DNA of 64,000 bases from Mobula hypostoma. Lineage: Eukaryota. The notes beneath the pieces were generated by a model. The model was not told the DNA's origin and searched no databases. It saw only the letters and a program-made list of their open reading frames with translations. Positions 12,324 through 24,300 of this stretch are shown here, piece by piece. A program made the position numbers and the translations under genes. The stretch spans positions 134,230,001 to 134,294,000 of the forward strand of contig NC_086104.1 of NCBI RefSeq assembly GCF_963921235.1. The letters run 5' to 3'. The first letter of the stretch is position 1. Each line of letters begins with the position of its first letter.

Positions 12324-15300
12324 CTTTACATTTTATAGCTTGATAAACATAATCGACGATATATTCCCTCTGTTAACAGAAGACGAAATGACGGAAGGCA
12401 CCAATGAAAAGTCTGTTCATTAATATTGTAACATATGATCTGTAAAATTGGAGACTTTTTTTGTCAACAGATGGAAGTATTTCTTCACGAAACAATGATA
12501 AAGTCTGCGAACAAGTGAATGATTCGCCCATCGGCACTTTAACAGGTGAGTAATGCAACATATTGTTATTCCTGATTTAGAGCGAGAAGACAGATTAATG
12601 TTGTGGTTTTAGAGTTGCATGGTAGGTTAAATTTCGTTTCATTAGCCCACCATTAAAATGTGGCAGCAAGAATTAGAGTCGAGTTTCCCCTGCTTATTGG
12701 CACAGCCAGGGGGATGCAGATTGGCAAGAAAATTCCATTGCTTCACAGATAGTGCAGGTAGTTAATAGGAATTAATCGAGATCAGCTGTTATCCGACAAG
12801 GCCACAACTCAACTGTGGCAGTTGTCTGAAGACTAGCTGATCACCGGTTCGAACCGATGTGTTCGAGTCAGGAGAAAACAGAGAAAATACAGAATGCGAC
12901 GTATGTGAATCTCGAATGGAGATAGACTTTGTTGGTTGAGTGAAAAACAAAATTAAGAAACCGTACATTATTGGCAAGAATCATAAATCCTACGGGGCTG
13001 TTGGGAAATATGAAGAAATCAAGAAAAGCTATGAGCAAAAGCTTTAGGGAGACAAAATAATCCAAGGAACGCTTTTGAAAAAAAGAGAAAACACCAAACT
13101 ATTTCATGCTTACCTTAAAGACAAACATAATTAGATATGTCCCAGGATACTGACGGACTTATACCGCTCTACCATTGGCAGCATACTCAAAAACGGCATC
13201 TCAGTGTGGCATGGCAATTTTCCCGTATCGGACCACACAATACTCCAGCGTGTGGTGAAAACTGCCCAGTGGATTATCGGCACCCAATTGCACTCCATTG
13301 AGAACATCTACCATAAACGCTGCCTGGGCAGGCGAAAATCATTATCAAGGATGCATCTCTCCCTAACTATGGATTTTGTACTCTCCTCCCAACCGGTAGG
13401 CACTACAGGAGCCTCCGCTCCCACACCAGCAGGCACAGGAAGAGCTTCTTCCCTGAGGCTGTGATGCTGATGAACCTCACATCACAGCGCTAAGCCATAT
13501 TGCACCCATATTGTACTGTCTCAGTAATTTTATATTTGTGTGCCATAGCACTTACTTTTTATTTGCAGTTACTTTATAAATAACACTATTCTTGGTATTT
13601 CTGGTTGGATACTAACTGCATTTCATTAGCTTTGTATCTGTGCTCGGCACAATGACAATAAAGATGAATCTAATCTAATCTAATATCTTGGAAAGCATAA
13701 AATCACGAAAGGAGAAAGCTGGAATTTATGCTTGGAATTGACAGAAGTGCATTAGTTCAAAAATTATATATTATACAATATATTAATACAATATATATTA
13801 ATGACTTGGATGAGGGAATTAAATGCAGCATCTCCAAATTTGCGGATGACACGAAGCTGGGTGGCAGTGTTAGCAGTGAGGAAGATGCTAAGAGGATGCA
13901 GAGTGACTTGGATAGGTTGGGTGAGTGGGCAATTTCATGGCAGATGCAATTTAATGTGGATAAATGTGAAGTTATCCACTTTGGTGGCAAAAATAGGAAA
14001 ACAGATTATTATCTGAATGGTGGCCGATTAGGAAAAGGGGAGGTGCAACGAGACCTGGGTGTCATTATACACCAGTCATTGAAAGTGGGCATGCAGGTAC
14101 AGCAGGCGGTTAAAAAGGCGAATGGTATGCTGGCATTTATAGCAAGAGGATTCGAGTACAGGAGCAGGGAGGTACAACCACAGTTGTACAAGGCCTTGGT
14201 GAGATCACACCTGGAGTATTGTGTGCAGTTTTGGTCCCCTAATCTGAGGAAAGACATCCTTGCCGTAGAGGGTGTACAAAGAAGGTTCACCAGATTGATT
14301 CCTGGGATGGCAGGACTTTCATATGAAGAAAGACTGGATGAACTGGGCTTGTACTCGTTGGAATTTAGAAGATTGAGGGGGGATCTGCTTGAAACTTATA
14401 AAATCCTAAAGGGATTGGACAGGCTAGATGCAGGAAGATTGTTCCCGATGTTGGGGAAGTCTAGAACGAGGGGTCACAGTTTGAGGATAAAGGGGAAGCC
14501 TTTTAGGACCGAGATTAGGAAAAACTTCTTCACACAGAAAGTGGTGAATCTGTGGAATTCTCTGCAACAGGAAACGGTTGAGGCCGGTTCATTGGCTATA
14601 TTTAAGAGGGAGTTAGATATGGCCCTTGTGGCTACGGGGATCGGGGGAATGGAGGGAAGGCTGGGGCGGGGTTCTGAGTTGGATGATCAGCCATGATCAT
14701 AATAAATGGCGGTGCAGGCTCGAAGGGCCGAATGGCCTACTCCTGCACCTATTTTCTATGTTTCTATGTTTCTATACATTGGTATTTGCTGTGGATAAGG
14801 ACATGGATGATATCACGATATCAGTGTCGGTGTTACTCGTCCTTTCCGATATTTTATTATATGCTGCAAAACTATGGCTTGACATATCTTACAAGTTTGC
14901 TCTCGCATTCAGGAACAATGTGGATGCTGAAGAAGAAACTTATTCGGAATCTGCCTGGTTGGGAAGATATATGCTTGCTGGAAAGGGTGGAAATAGTTGG
15001 GTTGTATCTTGTGCACTTGCAGTAAGTCTTCATAGAAATTTATGAAATTATGAGAGGCATAAGTAAGATACAAAGTCAGATTCAATAGTCAAAAATACGA
15101 ATCAAATACGAGTGGAACATATCAGGTCGGAGAAGAAAACATGAAGTAGTCGTCAGGGACAAGTTAGTTTCTTAAATAAAGGGAGAAACATAGATTTTTG
15201 GAACGCACTGCCATATGTAATGGTGGAAGTACGCTATATAAAATCGTAGTGCTTAAATGACTTTCCTATGGGCAGAAATTAGTAAAGAATGGAGAGTTAT

Positions 15301-18300
15301 GGGTCATGCCCGACAGAACAGAGATAGTTTTATTTGGCATCGTGTTTGATACAGACATCATGGAACGAAGTACCTGTACTTCCGGTCCATCGTAGAGTTT
15401 TGTTTTGACAAAACAACATTAATTTTCAAAGTCGTAGTCTCCCAAGGGTACACATCTGCGTGAAGTTTATCTCCTTGAAGACAGTGTTTGGGATCTGGGG
15501 CAAAAGCTGCTGACCTTTGGCTTGTACCGGAGAGTGAGCAGCTACTCGATCAGAGTTACAAGGAGATAGTCAGCCCTACTTCGTAGAAGGCGAGCAGCTG
15601 GGTGACTGTCAGTAGAAATGGAAATGTCAATAGCAGTTAGCGCAAAGCACACTTATTGCCATTTCCCTCAGTAATAAATTTAACGTTTTGAATAGTATTT
15701 TGGTGGATGGCACCCCAAGGGAATTCCACGGAGAGAATTTTACTGGCAACGAACAAGGGTCCATGGTGCAGAAAGGAAAGAGAAAGACGAGGGGACAGGT
15801 AGTAATGGAGAACTTATTGTCCAATGGAACAGACCGATGTTTTTGTAGACCTCAAAGTGACATTTGAATGGTATATTACCACCCAAGTGCCAGGGTCAAG
15901 AACATTCTGATCGTCGACAGCATCTTTCAGGAGAAGGGAGAGCAACCATATGCCTTAATACATATCGCTACCAGTGACATAGGAAGTGAAATCAAAGAGA
16001 TCCTGAAGAAAGAATTTATAGAGCTTGGCAGAAAGCTGGCAAGTAGGATCTCTAGTGCAGTAATCCTTGGATTGCTAACTGTGCCATGATCCAGTAAGGA
16101 GAGAAACATGATAATTTGCAGATAAATGAGTGGCTCAGAAGCTAGTGCTGCGGACTGCGCTTCAGGTTCTTGGTTAATTAGGAACTCGATTGGCGGAAGG
16201 TATCATCTCTACAAAAATGACGGGTTGCAACTGAAACCTCTGGAGAACAATATTCTGGCGTGTATGCTTGTTTGAGCAGCTGGGGTGGGTTTAACCTGAT
16301 TAGGTAGCTGGTTGAAACAATATTGATATGATTTAGGATGGGACGGATGTTTAAATAAAACTAAAATAGCGTGGGCGTCAGATTATCGGGAAGGGCGGTC
16401 AGATGATAGGACAAAATTGTAGCCAGTAAGGTGAGTATCAGTGTATTAGGGATACATAATCAAAAAGAGTAACACATACAGTACTCAAAGTATTAGATCT
16501 CAATGCACACTGAATAAGAAATAAGGCGGATGATCTTGCTGCAGAATTACTGATTGCCAGGTATGATTTTGTGGTCACAGATGAATCAGGGGAGAAGTAT
16601 GGTTGTAGTTTGAATACAAATGACCAAGTTTTATCGGGGTGATAGGAAGGTACGCAAAAGTGAGTTGTGTGGCTTTGATGATAAAGAATGGCAGCAAATA
16701 CGTTGAAAGTTGCAACATAGGATCGGGAAATGTTGAATCATTGTGCGTTGAGTTAAAAAAAATACAAGAGTAAAGGGACCCTGATGGAAGTTTTATACAA
16801 GCTTTACAATAATAGATGGGATGTTAAGCATTGATTACAAAGGGAAATAGAAACGGCGTGACAAAAGGGCAATGGGGGATTTTATCATGCAGGCCTATTG
16901 GAAAAAAAAACATAGGTTGACAATGGATCTCAAGAGAGTGAGTTCGCTCTACGCCGTTGAGCATTTTTTTTTTGTAGGAGTTTGTCATTGGGCATACTAC
17001 GGAATCAGCCATATTTGATTGGGCATTTATTTAACGAACTGGAGGCGATTAGGGCCGGAAGTTAAAAGAACCAATTAGGAGGCCGTGATCACTATATGAT
17101 AGTTTACAAATTGAATTTGATACGGAGAAAAAAAGATCTGACGTAGCAGCGCTACGTGGAGTAAAGGAAATTACACTGGTATCAGAGAGGAGTTGGCCAA
17201 ATAATTTGGGAGAAAATACTGGGAGGGATAACAGTAGTGCAGAAATGGCATGAGCTCCTGGGAAAATGAGCAAGGTGTAGGACAGTTGTATTTCAAAAAC
17301 AAATAAATACTCTAATGGCAAAATAGTGAAAGCAAGGCCGACAATCGATGGCAAAAGTAAGTTACAAGCAAAAGCAGGAGCATAAAGCAAAACCAAAAAT
17401 TAGCGGTAAAATAGAGCATAAGGAAGGTTCTCAAAAACCTACAGAGATGGACTAGAAAAATCATAAGAAGAGAACAGATGAAATATGAAATCAATCTAGC
17501 AAACAATATTACAGTGGATATTAAAAGCTTTTACAAGTATGTAAAAAAAAATAAAGGGGAGATGGGTGTGGACATAGTGCCGCTAAGAAATAAGCTCAGA
17601 GAAATAATATCGGAAGACAAGGAGATGGCAAATGAACAAAATGAGTAAAATAATTATATGTTGCATAATTCTTCACTGTGAAAGGCACTAGCAGTGTGCC
17701 AGGTGTTCAATGGTATGAGGGAAAAGACGTAAGCGTAGTTGCCATTACAAGGGAGAAGGTGAATATGTCATCCGAATCAGACGAATTGAATCCTCGGGTA
17801 CTGAAAGTGGTACTTGTAAATATCGTGCTCTCATTACTAATGTTCTAGCAAAAAGGATTGGATTCTGGCTTGGTGACAGAAGGCAGGAAAATTGAAATGT
17901 CCCTCCGCTCTTTAAGAAAGGGTGAAGGCAGCAGAAAGGAAATGAGTTAGCCTGACATGAGTGGTTGGGAAGTTGCTGGAGTAAATTGTGAAAAATGAGG
18001 TTATGAAGTAATTGGGGACACCTGACAAGATACAACCAAGTCAGCATAGTTTCTGAAGGGATAATGTGCCTGATGAGATTGTTGGAGAATTTCTGCTTGT
18101 TTGCCAATGACTGCTGATGATCGCAGTGGGCGGTGTTAGGTCTGCTTCTCTTTATGCTGTATTATAATTATTCAGACAGTAGAACAGTTGGCTTTGTTAC
18201 CAACGTTACACAATGACGATTGATGGAGGTGTAGATCGTGTTCAAGATACAGGTAGGCTGCAGAAGGATTTAGACAGATTGTGGGAATAGGGATGAAAGT

Positions 18301-21300
18301 GGCAAATGAAATTCAATGTTAGAAAGTACATGCGGAGTCATGATAAGTACTGGCGAGTTCTGAGCGTGAGTATTGTGTACAGTTTTGGGTTCCACATCTC
18401 AGATAAGATCTGCTGACATTGGAGATGGTTCAGCAGGATGATTCCGGGAATAAAAATGTTTAATATGAGGATAGTTTGATGGCTCTGTGTCCGGACACGT
18501 TCGGATTAAGAACGATGGAGGGGGATCCCACTAAAACCTTTCACGATTTGAAGGCCTAGGCAGAATTGATGTGGAATGATGTATCCCACGGTGTGAGAGT
18601 GAAGGACAAATCGGCAGAGCCTTGGAATAAAGAGTTGTCATTTAAAACAGAGATGTGGAAAAAAGTCGATGGCCAGAGTGTAGTAAATTTGTTAAGCTTG
18701 TTACTACAGGCAGCTGTGGAGTCCAGGTCTTTGGGTATATTTAATGCAGTGATCGATATTTTCCTGATTGGACAGGGCACTGGACAAGAGAAAGGCCGGG
18801 TAGTGGGTGTGAGTTCAGGGGGAAAAATGATCAGCTATAAGCTAGTGTGGAGCAGATTCGATGGGGGAAATGTCTTAATTCTGCTAGTATGTCTTCCGGT
18901 CTTCTGGTGTTAAAATGTCTATTTTGTTGTACTGTATCCAGGTCTCCCACTGCGTCTTTTCGCTGGCAGTCATAGATGCGCCGGGCGATTGGAGGTACAG
19001 TACAATAATACCTGGGGCACGGTGTGCGATGACTCCTGGGGTCTGGCCGATTCCCATGTAGTCTGCAGACAGCTGGACTGTGGCCGTGCTGGCTGGGCTC
19101 CAGATATACCTATAATTACCCAGGCATACGGTGATATTTGGCTGGATGAAGTAAAATGCACGGGAGATGAATCTTCTTTTTCCAGCTGTCTTTCCTCAAT
19201 ACCCGGCCATCACGATTGTGATCACAAGGAAGATGTCATCGTTGTTTGCTCTGGTAGGCGTTGTTGTACATATTCTTCATTCTTTCCAAATAGATTTTTT
19301 CGTCTCATAACTAGAACAGAAACTGAAGAGATGATTTTGCAGTAAATTCTGTGTAATATGTCCACAGATTCCGGTTTGATTCCCACTGACAGCAATATCA
19401 CAGGTATGTACTATTAATGACATTTTAACGTTAGAGTTCGAGTCTCTGATGTAGATACTGATATATGATTATAGTAATATACCAAATGATAAGATTATGA
19501 TAAACTTTTTACAATTTATCTGTCATATTAATTCGCTTCACAAGTGGCTTACGTAGGACTTCCAGTAAAAGTATGATCTCCAACTCCAGACAGATTTCTC
19601 TGTGCTATTACTGTCCTGATACTCTGGAAAAAGTGTTGGTACCCTACCAGTAATAGAAGTTCAAATTAAATTTATTTTTAAAGGAAATATACTTTACTTA
19701 CATAAACCTGAGTTTGATTTCCTTGCTGGTATTCGCAGAAAAGAGAAATACCACATGGAACCAGTGAAGACTTTATCCACAAATACACTCGAGCAAACAA
19801 AGCGTGAAAGACAAGAAAGTGCAAATGTGAAAAAAAAAACAAAACAAATAAACAGACACACAAACCAGCAAATAAATAAATAAATGAGTAAAACATAAAC
19901 ACATAAATGAATAAATTAACAAATGCATGAATGAATAACAAAATACATACGTGCATATTGAGAGCATCAGTTGTAGAGTCCTTAAAAGTGCGTTTCTGGA
20001 TTGTAGGTTCAGTTCTGAGTTGGGGTGAGTGAAGTTATTCAACCTTTTCTTGTGGGCTTGATGTTTGCGAGTAATAACTATTCCCGAACCTTCTGCTTTT
20101 GAACTTAAGGGTTGGGTGTCTCATTTATGACTGCAATAGCGCGAGCAGTGCATGCCCGGATGGCGAGGGTCCTTGATGTTGGACACCGATTACCTGCACT
20201 TTGGGGATCCATCATAATATTGAAGAAGTTGTATCACGTCTGAAATCAATATAACATTTGTAATTTGGAGAAGTTTCGTAACAGTGCAAATTTGTCCTGC
20301 AGGCCATCAATATTTACTTAGAATTTGCGGTTCTACTTCCTGTAATTTCATCTGGTTTCATAATAACTAGAAACCTTGTGTGGGCCTAGGCTGCAAATGC
20401 ATTCTCTATGATGAATAAAATTTTGCAGTTGCTGGTTACATACAGGACGTCATTGATATTAATCGGCATCTTCGCGACAATTTCGGGGATTATTGCATTC
20501 CATTTGGGTTGCTTCAAAATTGAGCCATCCCAAACCAAAGCCACTCTGCGGTTATCAGATGCGGACAGTGAAACATACAATGGCAGAAATCTCGGTATAT
20601 TTTATTCCTGGAGTTGTTTTCTTCAAAGTAATCCCATACCACACCGGCATTCCACCTCTACCTCACCCCTCATCCCCATCTACCCTCCCCAAACCACCCC
20701 CGTTCCAGTTCCAGAGTATTACGGAAATTAGGAAGTTGTTTCAGGCGAGTTTATCCTCCTGTGATATTATGTGATCTGGAGTCAATGCTAGTGATTTGCA
20801 GAAGTACACTTAATATCAAAGGATTCATTGAGATGTTCCTCTTTTAAAATGCATAGGAAGATAATCGAGAAAACTCACGACAGTTCACGAAACACAACCT
20901 GTAATTAAAATCATTTAAACTAGCTTCAGTATGTTGACTTTGCCTCTACAACGCTTGTTTTTAATTTTACCATTAATATTTATTTAAAGGATTTGGAACC
21001 GGGACCCCCTCGATTATGGCTATTGTCTGCATAACCCTTGGAATCATCTTCGTCGCTGAGTTATTCGTTCTGATAACGATAGCACGCAGAGGGTCAGCAA
21101 CAAGTGGTTAGGATCAAAATTACTACTCCAAATGATTTGATTTGCTGCACTTTTGGAAGTTCAGTTTTGTGTGTTTATATGTAAACTTAAGTAATGCTTT
21201 ACCTCGTATGTTGAGATGTTGAGCTGCATTCAGTGAGATACTTTAAACGGAGAATTACTGCCCATCAAAGCACAAGGTTCCATGATAATTTTTCGAACGT

Positions 21301-24300
21301 AGCAGAAAGCGAAATTTGCAGTGCATATAAAAAGAATTCACATCCCCTGGACGTTTTCATGTTTCATTCTACTTGAACATTACCCTACAGTGGATTTAAT
21401 TTGGCGTTGTTGACAGGTGAAAAATGAAATTTCGTATCAAAATGAAATCAGATCCCTAAAAAGTGATAAATTAATTATAAATATAAGACACAAAATAATT
21501 GATTGCATAAGTTCTCACCCGTTTCAATTTAGTATTTAGCAGATGCACCTTTGGCAGCAACTACAGCCTTGAGCAGTCTAGATACGTCTCTATCATCATT
21601 AAATATCTGGACACTGCAAATTTCCCCATTTTTCTTTACAAAACAGCTCAAACTCTGTCATATTACATGGAGTTCGTTTGAGAATAGCTCTTTTCAAGTC
21701 CAGCCACCAAGACCCAATTAAATTGAGGTCTGGACTCTGACCTGACCATTCCAGGACATTGTTGTTTTAAGGGATTCCTGTTTAGCTTTGGGTTTATACA
21801 TAGGTTTATTGTCTTGTTCGAAAACACATTTTCTCCTAAGTCGCAGTGCTATTGCAGACTGCATCAGGTTTCCCTTGAAGAATCGCTCTGTATTTCACTA
21901 CATTTATTTTACTCTCTACCTTCATACGCCTTCCGGGGCGGGTTTTAGTAAAGCATCCCCAGAGCATGATGCAGCCACACCCATGCTTCACAGAAGGGAT
22001 GGTGTATTTTTGATGATGTCCTGTGATTGTACAAAAATATGATTTTTGATTCAGGAAACGATAGAACGGTACCATCTGAATTTATAATTCCCCACATGCA
22101 TAACGCCAAACTCTTGCCAAGATTATATGTAAGTATTATTTTAACTGGTAGCTTTCTCTTTGTACTCTCCAATAAAAGTGCAACTGGTGAAGCACACGGG
22201 CAACAATTGTTGTATGCGTTGTCTCCCCATCTCAGGCACTGAAGATTTTAGCTCCTCTAGAGTTGTTACTAGTCCCTGGGTAGCCTTTCTTACTAGACCC
22301 CTTCTTGCTCGGTCACTCAGTTTTTGAGGACGGCCTGCTGTAGGTAGATTTACAGCTGAGCCATATTATTTCCATTTCTTGATGATTGAAATACTGTACT
22401 CTAAGGGATATTGAATGACTTGGAAATCTTCTTGTAACCATCTCCTGAATTGTGCTATTCAATAACCTTTTCTCGGAGTTGCTCAGAGAGTTATTTTGCT
22501 TTCATGCTTCAGTTTTTGCCTGGATACAGACCCACCAGCAGTTGCAGCTTCCAAATATATGTGTATATTCAATGCAGTCAATTGAAACACCATAACTGCA
22601 CACAACCTTCCAAAAACAGATCTCCATTTAACTACTTATGTGACTTAAAAGAATAGCTGGTTGTCTCAGTGATGATTTGGTGAGTCATATTGTGCGTGTG
22701 TGGGGGGGGGTGTAAATGCATGTGTTTTATTTTATATGTTATTAACGTGGATTACTTTGTAGAGATCTATTTTCACTTTGTGCGAAAGAGAAATTTTCTT
22801 TTAATCAATGAGAAAGAGTCAAATTAACTCCAATGCATTTCAATATTGTGGGACGATAACACATGAAATCATCAGCTGTGTGGGGGTGAATACTTTATAT
22901 TGGCATTGTAGTTTGGGAAGTGCTGCTTTACTGTTCATCTTAGTGTTATATCTCGATTCATTGGATATCTGTTGTTTATTCTTTTCTAGGTTCTGCTACA
23001 GTAACTCAAAAATTATGATTTGATATCATATTAAGTCGAGGCGTTTTCCCACATTTCTTCATCATGGAATACTTACTTTCCGTTTCTTTACAATTGTTCA
23101 ACAAAACTAAACCTTTCTATTGCATGTGCGAAGGTGACAAGCCCGCAGAGCTTACAGCCTGTCTTCATCTACCGGTATAATTGTTGGCACTGCGCCTATC
23201 TAGTAATGGTAGTCAACTTCCCATCAATTGAACTGAGTTATGTATCTATGATGGAAGGAAAGCTGGGAATATATTCAACTTGATGCAACCTATATTTGAT
23301 CGTTATGATGCGATAATGATTTGTTCGTATTTGCAGTGGGACCATTCAGCGACCACGTTCACCAACTCATTGCCTTGATTTACATCCCTTTTTCCTTTCT
23401 AATTTAATCACAATGGCTTAAATGTTTTATTAAAATTTACTGGATTAATATGTTAATATCACCTCTCTCTTCAGCAGGTCCACTGGCGAGTGGCAGGGAT
23501 TCACCTTTTGGCTTTTATCAAGCAATTTATGACGAGATTGAAAGTATTTCACAGGGGAAGAGCTTCACTAAAGCACAAGATTCAGGTGTGTGTGTTGCAT
23601 TTGCAATCCACTTCTGTTACCGATTGATATTGTCCTCGGCATTCCAATATCGCTATAAAATCAAGACATATGAAATAGTATATACTTCCAAACTGAAATG
23701 AAAACAAAATAAATAGGAATGCAGATAATAATCTCAAGATATTCTGCGGATGCTGAAAATCTTGAGCAATACAAGCAAAATGCTGAGGGCACACAGCAGG
23801 TTAGGCGGCACTTATGGACACGAATAATCACTCGATATTTTGCACCCAAACGCTTCCACAGGATTGCAAAGAAGCAGACAGAAGCTAAAATAGGAGTTGG
23901 AGACATGGGAAAGGAAGGCAAGTGGAGAGGATGTGATGGGGAAAGAAGCTTCGTGGCAGAAGAGAATAAAGTAAGAGGCTGGGTGGCGATTTGTGAATGA
24001 GGAAGAAGGCTGAAAAGGATGAAATATTGTAGTTCCAGAGTAGAACAAAGTTTTGCTTTATCTTCCGTCAACTCTTGAAGAATTAGAGACTCCGATATAT
24101 TTGAAATTGTTGTGCATTGAGAAGGATAGAGATATCCAGACGACATCTCTCCTAAAAGGGGTCGAAATACCATAGTCCTTTCAATCCCCATGTCCCTCAG
24201 AAATTGTTGACATTCTATTTTCTCATTCAATCAAAACTTTTCTCTGCAATTTCAAGCACGCTTCAATCTCAACACTTCTGCGAAGAACGGAGGAAATTAG

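Noticed and set aside
12749-12757. Possible 9-nt micro-exon (cacag|ATAGTGCAG|gtagtt)
   Set aside because: It is frame-compatible but too short to distinguish from chance without RNA data.
13728-14696. RT ORF beside SRCR exons as a retron/DGR-like diversifying system
   Set aside because: It is a standard 5'-truncated CR1 with an octamer tail, and there is no template/variable repeat pair; the SRCR exons are too divergent from one another.
20408-20731. ORF with a hydrophobic stretch as an alternative TM exon
   Set aside because: No convincing phase-1 splice pair was found; the exon at 20990-21106 fits far better.
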